64,000 nucleotides of DNA from Antedon mediterranea (GCF_964355755.1 NC_092677.1:9508101-9572100); one strand, 5' to 3'; positions 1 through 13,112 are shown, counted from the stretch's first letter. The notes: generated by a model not told the origin, from the sequence alone. Numbers and translations: made by a program.

Positions 1-550
1 TACAACGTAAAGAATATAGAGTTGGTCGCGGAAGGGAGGGAGGAAGATGGAGAGGGCAGCGGGTACCACAACCTATGAACTCATGTAGCATTTACTAACT
101 TGTTCATAATCACCCTGTGTATTATCATGATTCATCATCATCGTCGTCAGTATTCTTAACATCATAATCATCGGCTTCTTCTAATGATAATGTCATCATC
201 ATAATTATGCCACAATACAACATTATTCAAAATCAAATTGTTATACATTCCCTATAATTAATTTTATCTCAATATCCGGCACTAAGTTACTAACATACGG
301 TAAGCTTTAATTCTGAAATTAGAGTTGTTATTGCAATGAAAGAATCTCTTAACATTTTCTTTAATTTAATTACATCTTTTAATTTAAAAATCATGTTATC
401 AAATCAGGAAACCTATATTGATTGGGAAGTTACGTGTCGTTATGGTTATCCGTAACGACATACTACTAATTTTCAATATAAACACTGCTTAGTTTTCCTG
501 GTAACGAGACGCTTCAAACATATTCTGGGAAAAGCACGCAGTGAACTTGC

Positions 551-557
551 TATAAAA
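551..557 (+). promoter_or_regulatory. TATA box upstream of IRF-like gene 1
   Basis: TATAAAA about 50 nt upstream of ATG 606. Confidence 0.45.
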
Positions 558-605
558 CACCGGTTTGACAAAAGGCGGCCTTAGCTTATATGCAACCCGT
601 GAACG

Positions 606-2758
606 ATGACGCATCATAGTGGAGGTGTGGATCAATTTGGAAACTTCACCCACAATATCGGATATCCAACATTCGGGAATAATTTACCTGACCTCCCATT
701 GGATTTTCTTAATTCTTCGTTCGCCGCCGGATTGGAGGGGGACACTGCATCGGGGGCTGTGGACTGGATATCGAAGATGTACGCGGGAACGACCCCCGAA
801 ACAACATTTGTCACAGGTTCAACTGATTCCTGGGTGGTGACACAACCAGGGATGACACAGAGTGATGTAGCACCATCGAATCTGGTGTTAGGTTCGATGA
901 TGCCCACGACGATGCATTGTGGTGAGATTGCATCTACATCAGCATTGACATGTGAATGGGTTGAAAATAGGATTGGCACGTCGATTATCGATGGGAACAA
1001 GAAAATGGTTCCCAATAGGATACAGGGTGAGGCAGCATCATCAAACTCTTGGGACATAGGCTTCCCGATAGATTCTATGCCTAAGATGATGATGCGAGGA
1101 GATTTCCCACTATCTACCGGATTTGACGAAGGGACATCACATGTGAAGGTACCACAAATTGCCACATCAACCACGTGCGGATTAATTGATGACGGTGTAG
1201 GTCTAATGGATGGAGAGTATGAGGAGGAGGAGGAGGAGGAAGACGACGACGATGATGACGTCATCGCTATATCTAATCCCGTAGCACAACGTAGGCCGGT
1301 GCGTAAAACAATACGAGAAGGTAAATTGTATTTTTTTAAATAAAATTGAATGTTTGCTTTTACTACTATTGATTTATATTAATTATTGACTATTATTTAT
1401 GAGCAGGGCGGATCTTGGGAGGGATAAGGGAAAAGTTACTACCGTTAATCCAGGGAAGAGTGATATTAATTAATTAAACTATTCACTGGGTGGTCAGGAA
1501 GATGATGGTGATGATGAGGATGATATTAATGGCGTTACTATGTCAGGTGATAAATATGAAGATGGTGATAACTAATTTGAGATTTCGTATATGCACTGAG
1601 AATGACAATGACTTCGAAATAGCGTTACGTAAAGTTAATTGGTCAGATATCTAACCATAGCCATCAGCGCAAGCTCAAGGAGTATGAACGCCAGGGCGAT
1701 GGCGGTCGTGGGTTTTAGTGGCACCCAAGAATTACTTATTAGAATTACATTCTAATGTACTTAATTCGCATAAATTAAAATAGATCAGTAAGGCAAACAT
1801 TTGATGTCAACGACAATATAAACATTTTCTTACATAGCTTTACCATCAGAACTGAAGATAACTCTAAAATACCGCAAAAAGGAAGTGAAGTGTGTCGACG
1901 TAGATATCAGCAACGGGTTTCGTGTTGGCTATGGCGTCGTTCTAGATACCAGCAACGTGTTGACGTTTCCCACTGTGTGCGTTCCTAACATCCAGAACGA
2001 GGCCGATAGATATGAAAAAGAAGCATCAATGAAGGAATATAAGTTGAGAAAAACCGTACTTGAAAACCTCGAGAACGGGTATGTATGTATAATGTATGTT
2101 TTAGCGTCAAATTACGCAAATTGTAAATATACCGTTCGCAACTAAATGAAAGGCGCCAATGGATCAAGGGCCTAACTAATACCAACCTAATTATAATTTA
2201 CAAAATTACTAAACATTTTCAATGCTTAGAAGATTGTCCTTTTAACAAGTAATTTGTCAGGAAAGATTATGATGTAAGTCTTTTTAATTCCACAGCGTTG
2301 AGTTTAGTATTTCGAACGGAATAATCTACGCAACTCGTCGATGCCGCGCCAAAGTATTCTGCTTCAGTACTCAACAGCACAACGGACAAGATCCAGTAAA
2401 ACTGCAACAAGGGGTACCGCTCAAAATATTCGACTACAATTCCTTCGATGACACCCTCAGGGAATTTTATTTAAATCAAATTGGCGCCAATTCTATTGCA
2501 ACATCATTCCTAAAACCAAAGATCTTTTTCAGTTTCGCACAGGGATGGAAACCTATGCATGATCGGGATTATGTTTTAAGACGTTTGGGAGATTTGGTGC
2601 AACCAACTTCTTTAAATGACTGCCTTGTAACCATGGAGATTGTACCTCTACGCGCTGTGGATTTTATCATGGGGTTACCCGAAAGTCGTGACGTAGCGGA
2701 GTCGATAACCATGAGCTTAAAACAAGATTATCTTCAAATATCTACTTCACTAAACTAA
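606..2758 (+). CDS. IRF-like protein 1: acidic/disordered N-terminus plus IRF association domain (IAD), no DNA-binding domain seen; ~472 aa
   Basis: Exons 606-1320, 1838-2078 and 2296-2758 join in frame at GT-AG sites (phases 1 and 2). Spliced product: ...ALPSELKITLKYRKKEV...GFRVGYG...VLENLENGVEFSISNGIIYATRRCRAKVF...PVKL...KIFDY...KIFFSFAQGW...VPLRA...DYLQISTSLN*. This follows the IRF IAD motif order (L.I.l.YR, GcRl.Y, L..l.rGv.l, YA.RlC..rvy, P.kL, kiFD, I.l.FG..w, vP..A). In-frame TGA at 600-602 and TATAAAA at 551-557 upstream. Confidence 0.85.
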
Positions 2759-2794
2759 GTATGTTTTGTGTAATGCCAAATGCATGTCATGCTT

Positions 2795-2975
2795 AGCTAT
2801 TTACCCGGGCAATTAGTTTCATGGGTACAGTTATCGCTAACCTTGGTGGGAAAAAATTAGCTATTTACCCGGGTAATTGGTTAATTAGCTATTTACCCGA
2901 GTAATTGGTTAATTAGCTATTTACCCGGGTAATTGGTTTTATGGGTACAGAATTATCGCTAATTTTGTTGGGAAA
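2795..2975. repeat. Short tandem/duplicated repeat (AGCTATTTACCCGGGTAATTGGTT core) just 3' of gene 1
   Basis: Four copies of AGCTATTTACCCG(G/A)G..AATT; the ATGGGTACAG..TTATCGCTAA..GGGAAAAA segment occurs twice. Confidence 0.75.
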
Positions 2976-3349
2976 AATCTCACGACACGACACAAAATAC
3001 TATTACTAATATAGTATAGAGCTTTACTTCTGCTGCGCATGATTTCAATGTGGTCGGCGTTGCGATAGCTCCGTTAGTCTATAACAGTCTTCTTTATACT
3101 ACTATAGGAGGAATCCTCCTGCTATAGGAGGTATAAGGGTTAGTGAGCAAATGGACGAAATATTGTATTCGAGAATCTGTACGCAAACGCGAGGCATCGT
3201 TCGGTCACCAGAAACAATTATTCGTCAATAATGCAATTCTGAGTCGTAATTGACACAATTTATAGGGTTTTCAGAATATTTTTCTTGCCAGTAAAAATAT
3301 TAATATTTTTTTAGTACGTTATTAAATACCATACGTTTATTACATTGTC

Positions 3350-3471
3350 TTGGTTCCCACAAAGGAGACAACGCAGGACATAGACCCAGCGCAAGCGAGT
3401 TGACCAATCACAAGCGACAGTTCGCATTAATCCATCGCTTACTTCCGATACGTCTCTAGTGGGAACCAAGC
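3350..3471. mobile_element. MITE, family A (TIR CTTGGTTCCCAC...GTGGGAACCAAG)
   Basis: Terminal inverted repeats plus an internal ACGCAA/TTGACCAATCACAAGCGA core shared with the copy at 49152-49331 and with degenerate copies near 3990-4110, 10700-10800, 14345-14480, 14730-14810 and 51620-51690. Confidence 0.7.
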
Positions 3472-4320
3472 ATTATAGATAGTTAATATAAAGAATATCA
3501 TAATTGTTAATATAAATGTATATCAGCAGCTGAATTTATGTTTTTTACGTTAGTTAGTCTATTTAATTACCGTTATACTAAATATTTAATTTATTCCGGT
3601 TTGTATTATATTCTATTTATAAAATTGCTATCATTACTAAAACATTCCATTGACAAAAAAATTGTTGTTTTTTTTTACAATTATGACGTATTATTTGCAA
3701 TGCTTACTGTATGCAAACAGGCCTTTCATAACATGGGTATTTTGTGGTCTTTGGTTTTGGCCTATTAGAGGAACCATTGTATTGTGTTCATCCTTCCAAC
3801 GGAGGAAGTGATTATAAATGGAGTTGTCTTTAATGTGACAAATATGATGCCTACTGAATAGAAAGAACACGTTACAGTAACCATATACAGTAGACTATTT
3901 TGTATTATTATTATTGATTAATATATTGACAATTAAATGCACATGATCGATAAGTAGGCTTTCATTTGTGTTCCTAACGATATTAAGCTTAGTTTCCGGT
4001 GGTCACTAGAACGCAACGCGACGACATACGCGCGCGCAACGCAAGTGATTCAGAAGCGAAAAATATCTAATTGTCTCTTGTAATTGGTCAAATAACTTGC
4101 GGTTGCTAAGTACGTCCCAGTGTTTTAACACTGGGACGTACTTATAATAATTATAATATAATTATTAATATATTTTCCTTTCTTTACATAGCGAAATGTC
4201 TTAATTCGACTGTGCCGTGTCCTTAATACAGTAAAACCTCCACACATTATATTACATATTTTTAAAATAGCATACAGATGTTATGCTGTTAAGTAGTTGG
4301 CCAATGATAGATACATAATG

Positions 4321-4343
4321 TGACTCACACCGCGGGAATTTCC
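4321..4343 (+). promoter_or_regulatory. Adjacent AP-1 (TGACTCA) and NF-kB (GGGAATTTCC) consensus sites upstream of IRF-like gene 2
   Basis: TGACTCA at 4321-4327 and GGGAATTTCC at 4334-4343; a candidate non-coding first-exon donor (AG|GTAAAA) lies at 4601. Confidence 0.5.
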
Positions 4344-5094
4344 ATAAATCTATTTTTGAAAACAACATCGGCATTTATTGCAATATCCTGTATCGTTTTA
4401 ATACACGTTGCGTAAACACAACCATTCATCGGCACAAATTGATAAATGTATTGAATCGTGGGTTTTACAATCATTCTGGCGCACAATCCAGAACCAACAA
4501 CACACTAAACTGGGCATCGCTCAAGTAGGCATACATTGTACTCATTCGGCTCATTAGAACAAGACTAGATTGGGAGAAACTTGGCTGAATAATTAGTTAA
4601 GGTAAAACTGCTTGATTATCTTCAGTATTTGAATGCACAGAGAAGATGCACAATAATAATACGGTAGGCATCATAGTAGGCTATCAACCACCTCTGCTAT
4701 CCGCCATTGCGTGGGCGAGTTGCATTTAATTCTCTTTACCAGTTGGAAAACAAACTAATTAAGCACCGGTGAACTAGCCTATAGGCCTATATACAAATAG
4801 AGCTTCTGGTGGGTACGGTATATCGTCACCCACCTTTTAACCCCGGTTCGTGTGGTGACCACCCTCTCCCAATCCCCTTCTATCTTCTAATGAGGAAAAG
4901 CTGAACTTAGGTTAAACCTAATTATTCCAATCAATTGTGTTGTGGTCCAAGTATACAAAATCAAATAACATAACCAGTATCTAAATTTAACACAGGCACC
5001 TTGATGTTGTAATTTCGTCTTAAGAAAGTCACTACATAAAAATGATCTACCTTTGTTGACTGTCACAGATTCGATCAGAGGTAAACCATCCATC

Positions 5095-7216
5095 ATGGCA
5101 GAAAGAAATGATGACCACCAAACAAACCCCATCGTTACTGTTCAGACTAAAAATGGCCCGTTAGAGGTGAATACTGGACCATCACCAAAAGGTAGACACA
5201 TTTAACTTTTCATCACACATCAATTTTGCATTGTTGATTGCAGGATCAATAGAACTGGGAAATTGAAAACGGTATAATAAAAACCTTTCTACACCGCCAT
5301 AACAAGATGTAGGGGCTGTGTATTTGCCCGGGTCATACAGTACTACTCGACATTGAAAACAGCGTAAAATCTGTCCCGGGCCTAGCACCCGGGTAAGGAT
5401 GCGTAATGTATTCAGCGCTAAGCCATCAAATGAAATAGGTCATTAGTAATGAAGATTGGTAATATAAACTTTGTTTTCTATAGAGTACGAGATGAGAATC
5501 AAGGTTCGCTATCGGTCTGACGTTGCTTTGGATAAACGTATCGATATCCAAAAGGGTTGTTGTATTTATTATGGTGAACATTCATGTGAAAAGAGACCAG
5601 AGAGAATGCTTGTACCGCTTCCAGATGAGGAGAGTATTGAACGACAGGAAACCAGACAAGAAGTCAAACAATTGACAAAAGACATATTGGGGTTTTTGGC
5701 AAACGGGTAAGCTGTTGATAAAAAAAAATACATTACAAACCCATTTGAAGGTCGGGGAAGAAGCTAAAAATCCACCTATTCTAAAAGGGCCCCGCCTCAT
5801 AAGTAGGCCTACAGAAATGTTGCTAATAGTCTGTTTTATTATATTGTTGTTTTTGTTATATTTACGTGTTTAATGCAATCATTTGTATGGAAATAAGCTA
5901 ATAAGCTTTTTGGGCTATCCTGGAAAATCTTTATAGGCCTAAATGTAGGTCTATTATTTGTAATGTCAGTAATTTAATTATCACTTTCTATGTATTTTTA
6001 TGATTTTCCTAATAAATTTAAATCAAATCAAATACTGTACTGGCACCCGATTCTCCTGGGTTATCGGAGCTCCAGCGTACTTTTGAATTATAACTTTTGG
6101 CGCCACCCACAGCTATTATCTACCCTAACATTTTAAAGCAGTTGCTAGTATTTTTAAATTATGTGTGTGTTTTTTTACAGTCTGGTTTTAGAATACGGAC
6201 AGGATCGCTGTATATACGCGAGACGTCGTTGTCGCTCCAGGATTTGGTACTACAGCTCCCAACAAACCCCTGGACAAGATCCATTAGAGCTGAAGAGTGA
6301 CACAAATACAAAAATATTCGATTACGGCTATTTTTATAAGAATTTGTCTGATTGGTTCACAAACTACATGAAGGGAATACGAACAACATTAATTCGCCCC
6401 AAAATATGTTTTTCATTTGGCCAATCATGGCAGCCTTACCATAATCATCATGGAAGAGGCCCAGAGAGGCCCCAGCCAACAGCCATAGACGCCTGCGGGA
6501 TGTCGATGTACGCGGTACCATTAAACGCGCGTGACGCTATTCTTTCAATCGAGGAAGGACAGGATTGTTCAGAGACGTTGACGATGGGACTGAACAGTGG
6601 ACACCTGTTTATATCAAATGAGGAACGAGAAGAAATCTGTCAAGTGACAGAAGCATATAAAGTAGCCCATCAGCAACGACAGCAACAACAGTTACAGCAG
6701 CAACAACAGCAACAGTTACAGCAGCAGCAGCAACAACAGTTACAGCAGCAGCAACGACAACAACAGTTACAGCAGCAGCAACGACAACAACAGTTACAGC
6801 AGCAGCAACAACAACAGTTACAGCAACAGCAACGACAACAACAGTTACAGCAGCAGCAGCAACAACAACAGTTACAGCAGCAGCAGCAACAACAACAACA
6901 GTTACAGCAGCAGCAGCAACAGTTACAGCAGCAGCAGCAACAACAACAGTTACAGCAGCAACAACAACAGTTACAGCAGCAACAGTTACAGCACCAACAA
7001 CAGTTACAGCAGCAGCAAGATCAACAATATCAGCAACAACAACACCAACAAGATCAACTACAGCAGCAGCAACAAGATGATAATGAATTTGAAATCGAAA
7101 TGCAAGTCGACACTGACGACGTATGGACAGAAGCCGATATAAATGCTGTGTTGTCGGTAGATAATATCTTCAACGCAACGTCGTTGCAAGAACTGACGAG
7201 ATTACAACAAGCATAG
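5095..7216 (+). CDS. IRF-like protein 2: 32-aa leader, IAD, HLFIS motif, polyQ tract and acidic tail; ~451 aa
   Basis: Exons 5095-5191, 5484-5706 and 6181-7216 join in frame with the same intron phases as gene 1. MAERND...PKEYEMRIKVRYRSD...KGCCIYYGE...ILGFLANGLVLEYGQDRCIYARRRCRSRIWY...PLELK...KIFDY...KICFSFGQSW...VPLNARDA...GHLFISNEERE...polyQ. Confidence 0.85.
6671..7075 (+). repeat. Coding CAG/CAA polyglutamine tract punctuated by TTA (Leu)
   Basis: Repeated CAGTTACAGCAGCAGCAACAACAA-type units in the last exon of gene 2. Confidence 0.95.
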
Positions 7217-9472
7217 TCAAATTGATTCCTATTGGAGCAAATTAGACGCGTTTAGGGCATGACATTCACACACAACTCTTCCGTTAAAGAAACACTCACA
7301 CTGATACAGTTTGGTAAAGTTTTAGCGTAAAGTAACATTTGGTTCACGATGCCAATTAATTACAGATGTGTCTGTATACTATATAGTATAAATATGGTAA
7401 TTAAAATAATTGATATATTTTATTGATAAATTGATGCAATTTCAAGAATTTGCAGCTGTTTTTTTTTTAAATTTAGATGTACCGATATAATTTTGTAGCG
7501 GGGTATATAGTACAATACAAATTAATTATTAACGATGTATATAGTATAATAGTAAAATATATTTCATGCAGCGCTGCACTCACGTATTTCGACACCATGA
7601 AGCGTGCGTGCAAAAGCGGTACTATTTTCATCAACGTTTGCACGCGCGCATCAACATTAGTGTGTCACTGCAAAAAAATAAAATTCTGACATTTGAAACT
7701 GTAAATAATATTTAGTAGCAATACTAGGCGAGCATAACGTAGGCCTATTTATTTAAAATGTTTGTCTCTGAAATAAAACCATTAAAAATATCAATAATAT
7801 AAAGTATAAAGTGTAAGTTATGAAATATATCGGTACGAATCAGTCGTTAAGATTGATTTTCGTAAAACAGAGTGATTAGTCATGGATTTCATTCGGCAAT
7901 GATTAACCTTTTACAGGTACCGTATTAGATTGTGCAGATATTGATTTAAACAAAAGTTGTTGTTATTTAGTTCACGTATATTGATATTGCTATACATAAT
8001 CATACGTAGATTAGTAACTAAATAAAATTAAATAAATATTTAAATACTTAATGTTGCTTATTCTGTTTCCTAGTGTTTATAATAGAAAATCTAACTCAGA
8101 TTACTGGAAATGTGGGTAACAGTGATGTCCCTCTCAATTAAAATATAAAGTACATTAACAAAAGATGTCAGCCAGATATAAAATGTAAAGCCTTTAGCAG
8201 CAAGCCTGTTTTATTTCGTCGTTTATGCAGAATTAATGAAAAAAACGATGGGCCGCCGCCGTTACTCTTTACTTAGGATTTCGTCTGAAACTTGACATAA
8301 GTTATAGAGGGCGGTTAATTTGAATAAAAGGATCATCACGAAATTGTAAACTCTAGATGGAGACAATCGGGTACAGTATATACAGTACAACTAAAATTAC
8401 GGTATCGTAAGCCTACTTTTTGACTAGTAAAGAGACTATATACCCTATAGGCCAATTGGAATCATGGACATTAAACGTGTCCGATCCCCGGTCCGATCGT
8501 AAATGAAAAATACAGGATGCCTACTGCAGAGAGTAGCACAATTGACAGGATTGATACCTTGTGCGAGACTTGACATTTTAAAAAGCCTAAAATTAATAAG
8601 GGGAGAGGTGGGGAGGGTTCTGAACCAGAGAATCTAATACTCCTAGTAATTTGTAATTGTTACTACGGTTTTTTCAAATAAAACATTCGTCTCAGGCCTG
8701 TAACAGTAATGTTGATATTTTTTTCAATTTGACACGCACGAGATCACAAAAATTGATAAATTTAGTATATACAAACGTGTCACAGTTCAATGGGTTTCAC
8801 ACAGGAAAATTAATAATTTTAATGATGACAATTTAGTATTTAATTTTGAATAGGAGGAACAAAAAACTATTAGCAAAGACAAAGAACACAACACTACTTA
8901 TATATCAAGTATACATTATTATCTGCAAAGTGGTAGGCCTACACGGAAGTTGACTATCTACTAAGCCAAATATATTGGCTAAGCCTATTCAAATTAAACA
9001 TAATATTAGGCTTATGTCAACACGATAGCATAATAATAATTCAATATTTCGACGCATTATCACCAACCAACATGATACCGGTATAGAGTTAAAAACGGTA
9101 CGTACTTTGAAAACATTTTACTATAATTTAATGTGAAGACTAATACTTATGAACCGTAAACGCTAGTCCTTCAATCTCTATGAATGCGAGATAGAATTTA
9201 GTAGCTAGCCAAAAAAAATATTATTTCCCTACACAGTAAGTAGCCTAGCAGCAGGCTTAGGAGAGCGGCCTAATGCAATGTGGTGGTAGGCCTAGACCAT
9301 ATTATCATTTCCATCCATATCCAAATCAATGTTTTGATCACCATGAACTCAACCCTTTCATTAAATAAAAATACTAAATAATAAGCTTATTATTATAACA
9401 AAAACATGATTATATTAATAATAATTGAATACGCTATACCGCCCACGACGCCCGGTCGCACAAATGACCTAA

Positions 9473-9482
9473 GGGACTTCCC
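9473..9482 (+). promoter_or_regulatory. NF-kB-like site upstream of IRF-like gene 3
   Basis: GGGACTTCCC fits GGGRNYYYCC, about 260 nt upstream of ATG 9735. Confidence 0.4.
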
Positions 9483-9734
9483 CCACCATTATTATACGTC
9501 ATAACATACAAACGTATCATGCTTTGGTAACTATTTATCATGTTAATAGGCCTATTTGTACACGTGCGTTAATTCGACCGATACTGTGGGCATTTCGTCG
9601 AACCATTTCTCCATATTGTAACCTACTATTTTAGGCCTACTCGCTCTCAGCTAAAGCCTATTGCATGAATTTTGAAAAAACAGTAAAATAGTATATTTAT
9701 TTTCTTTTTACAGTGCAAACTACAGAAACTTGTG

Positions 9735-11993
9735 ATGGCCGACCATTTTACAGAAGGTAGGCCTATATTACTTATTTGTTATATTTATGGCCCACGACAA
9801 TTCAATTAGTCTTACATTCATCTGTAGCCTATCATTGGTCAAGGGCTTTTTCGTTCAGTCTCCACCGCACTGACCAAAGCAAGCAGGACCAATACGTCTG
9901 AGGCATACTGTACTAGATGCAGGGACTGGAGTCAGTATAGTGATCTGATGGGATGGGATGGGACCCAAGCTGTATTTGTCTACAGCACCCGATGGCCTAT
10001 TGCTGAAATGCAACCGAATTTTAAAATCATTAGTAGGCCTACACAGCGATATGGAAATGCCATCACTGATCAAAGGCTTCTCTCGTCCTGCAGTGCCCAC
10101 CTTGAAAGGCCGGGCCACGTCTGAGGAAAATACTGTACTATGCGGCAGGGGCCGCCATAAGAGTCAGTAGTGCTGATCTGATGAACCCCAGCTCTATTTG
10201 CTACAGCACCCGATAATAGTGCTTAAATATAACATTTAGTACAGTGATATAAAATTCTCATGATTGTGAGTGCGCCATCTTTTAAACAAATTATACTAGG
10301 TAAAGTATATCAGGCAAACAAAATAGTTTCTCTTTTCTGTACACATCCGGGGTATTGGTGGTCGTCATGTGGTATTTAATTTTGAGGGAACCTCTAATGA
10401 ATTATCTGTTTATCTTAATACAACAGCTCAGGTCCAGATAAACCTTAAGTACCGATCAACAGAAATCAAAAGTCAGATATTGGACTGTTCCACTGGATGC
10501 TGCATCTATTGCCAAGAACATTCATGTGAGCATGAGCCGTCAAGGAAGTTGGTTGAGCTACCTTTGAGCAACGACGACGCCGGTCGAAAAGAGACTAAAC
10601 TTACAAATAGACTGCTCATCGGAATGAAGCACGGGTAAGATTCTAAGCACTGAATATAAATACAACATGAATCATAGAAACAAAACGCCATAAATGTCAT
10701 TCACACTCGTGTTCTTATGACACAACGCAATGACGAACGTGCAACGAAAGTCAATTGACCAATCGTGATTGACAGTTTGGATGAACCATCGCTCGTGTTA
10801 TGGTTAATTACTTGTACGTACAGTACTTGCGGTGCGTGAGAACCAAAATTTACACAATTCTTTTTTTTTTGTCTAGTCTTCTCTTAGAATATGTCGACGG
10901 GTGTCTGTATGCGAAACGACGATGCAGTACTGTCATCTACTATCACAGCTCACAATACCACATTAATCATGACCCTATAAAAATTGAAAAAGACCAGAGG
11001 GTCATAATCTTCGATTACCCTGCCTTCAAAAATCAATTCATTAGCTGGTATACCCTTAAACTCACAAAATCAGACATAGAACCTTTCAAGCGACACAAGA
11101 TTTTTTTCAGCTTTGGACAAAGATGGCAACCATATCTCGAAAAACACAAAGAGATGGGAGAAAGCAGACCTCAGCCTACTACGTTGGACTCCTGTTTAGT
11201 GTCAATGAGCCTCGTTCCACTGAATGCGAAAGAGATGGTCATGGACACAGAGGCAGGTCGAAACGGTTCCGAGACCATTTCGATGGGTCTGAACCAGAAC
11301 TTTTTTTTCTTTTCTTTAGAAGGATCATCGCAGGTGTGTTCTTCTCTTGACAGGATGGCACAGAATTGTCGAAAAAAAATTCAAGAACATGAACAAGCCA
11401 GACAATCGTCACAAGAACTCGAAGAAAACATGAGTGTGGATCAACAGAATCCTGCAATAGAATTCGATAATCTTTTAAGTGACATTCTGGGCCTACAAGA
11501 ATCGATCGAAACCCGACAAAATGATGTTATGCAACGGCAAGGTATAACACAAAATCCGCATTTTGATATCCCTCAGCAGTATCCAGTAGAACAGCAGATA
11601 ACACGACAGCAACGTATAGATCAGCTGCAGCGGGAGTTCGAGGAAATACAACAGAATTGTGCAAACCAGCAACTACCAATGTCAGAATTGGGCCAACAGA
11701 ACGTAGCACAATGTCAAGACCAATTAGGAACATTACAGCCACATAACCAGCAGGCATGCTTGGCTGCAGATCTGGGCCAGCATGTTCAGCATGAACCTAT
11801 GGAACTTAATCACCAACCAATGCAACTATGCCACATAGAGGAGCAAATAGCTACCGAGTCGGCTCCTGCGAACGGTGAAATTATATATTTTAATTGGGGT
11901 AATGGTACTGAACGTCAAGTTGGGTTAACGTCTGAAGAGTGGTTGAAGCTTGTATCGATTGTACAAAATGAAAATTTACTGGAAACAAATTAA
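9735..11993 (+). CDS. IRF-like protein 3: 7-aa leader, IAD and long Q-rich tail; ~448 aa
   Basis: Exons 9735-9756, 10427-10634 and 10877-11993 in frame: MADHFTEAQVQINLKYRSTEI...TGCCIYCQE...LLIGMKHGLLLEYVDGCLYAKRRCSTVIYY...PIKIEK...IIFDY...KIFFSFGQRW...VPLNAKE. Confidence 0.85.
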
Positions 11994-12589
11994 GTTAAGG
12001 TACCCTCTGGTGGTACATGTACTGATATCGCAGCTGATAACAAAATAGACAGTGCTTAATTGACCAACTATTTAATTCATAAATAGAAAGTAGGCCTACT
12101 TGTTGATTCAGATTGTTATGAACCAAGTTATCAAAAACAATGTAATAAGGTGAATAATGCCATAAATAAATACAAGTAACTATATTGTAGTAACTAGTTT
12201 TGTAGAGTACTGTACAACTTATTATCCACCTAAGTTACACATTACTTAATATAACTATTACACCACGACGACGCAGCTATTGGACTTACTGCTTCCAAGG
12301 TGCGACCACCATCATCACCATAATTAAAACACGGTACGTATTTTAAAATCATTTTACTACAGTATTTAACGTGATACTGTATGTACCGTAAACCTTTCCT
12401 CTATACATCATGTGAAGATATTTAGTAGGTCTATCAATATTAATTCATACACGGCCTCATTTCCTACACGGTAGCAGCAGGCTTAGGACAGCGGCCTAAT
12501 GCAATGTGGTGGTAGGCCTAGGCCATATTATCATCCATCAATTATCCAAAATAAATTTTCAGTCACCATGAATTCCACTCTTTTATTAA

Positions 12590-13112
12590 AGATGTATTGT
12601 CCCTTTGTCAAATTCAAAAAAAAAAAAAAAGGGGGTCATTTTGAAGTATCATAATAGTTATTAATTTTCACCAAAAATTAGTCGAAAAAAAAATCATTTA
12701 ACTGAAATACAGACGTTTTCTTGTTCAAAAAATAACTTTGACTTCCAGTCAAAGTTTTCTATCAAAACATATCTCATAATGCAACACGCGTGTTTGGATA
12801 CCTCTGTATGCATAACCATAAAACTTCCTCGCGATCTGTGTGAGAACACCTTCTCATCCGTGACGAGTTGTAAACAATCCTAATTAGCATCATGCATAAT
12901 GTACTCATGGTTTAAAATCTTTATTTACTTTCGCTCAGGACGATTATCCAGACAAAATGTAATCAAATTAATTTAGCTGTTGCGTAAAATTGTTGTTTTT
13001 GGTTCGAATATTCGATTTAAAGTGAATAACTTTAATATTACTTTGATATGGCCAATTTAAATTTAGAATATGTTGACCTTCATTTTTTTGTGTTTCAAGG
13101 GACAATACATCT
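12590..13112. mobile_element. Non-autonomous Kolobok-like DNA transposon (TTAA TSD)
   Basis: TTAA|AGATGTATTGTCCC ... GGGACAATACATCT|TTAA. The paralogous region upstream of gene 3 has the empty site (single TTAA at 9361-9364). A related right end lies near 31168-31182. Confidence 0.85.

Noticed and set aside
632-1264. 210-aa minus-strand ORF with poly-Ser
   Set aside because: Antisense shadow of exon 1 of IRF-like gene 1.
1498-1547. Second acidic (GAT/GAG-rich) stretch in gene 1 intron 1 as a possible extra exon
   Set aside because: Weak acceptor, the phases would not preserve frame, and the 1320-1838 splice already works.
9855-10215. ORFs in the first coding intron of gene 3 as a possible DBD exon
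   Set aside because: No Trp-repeat pattern; the region contains an internal duplication, is absent from gene 4, and direct 9756-10427 splicing is in frame.
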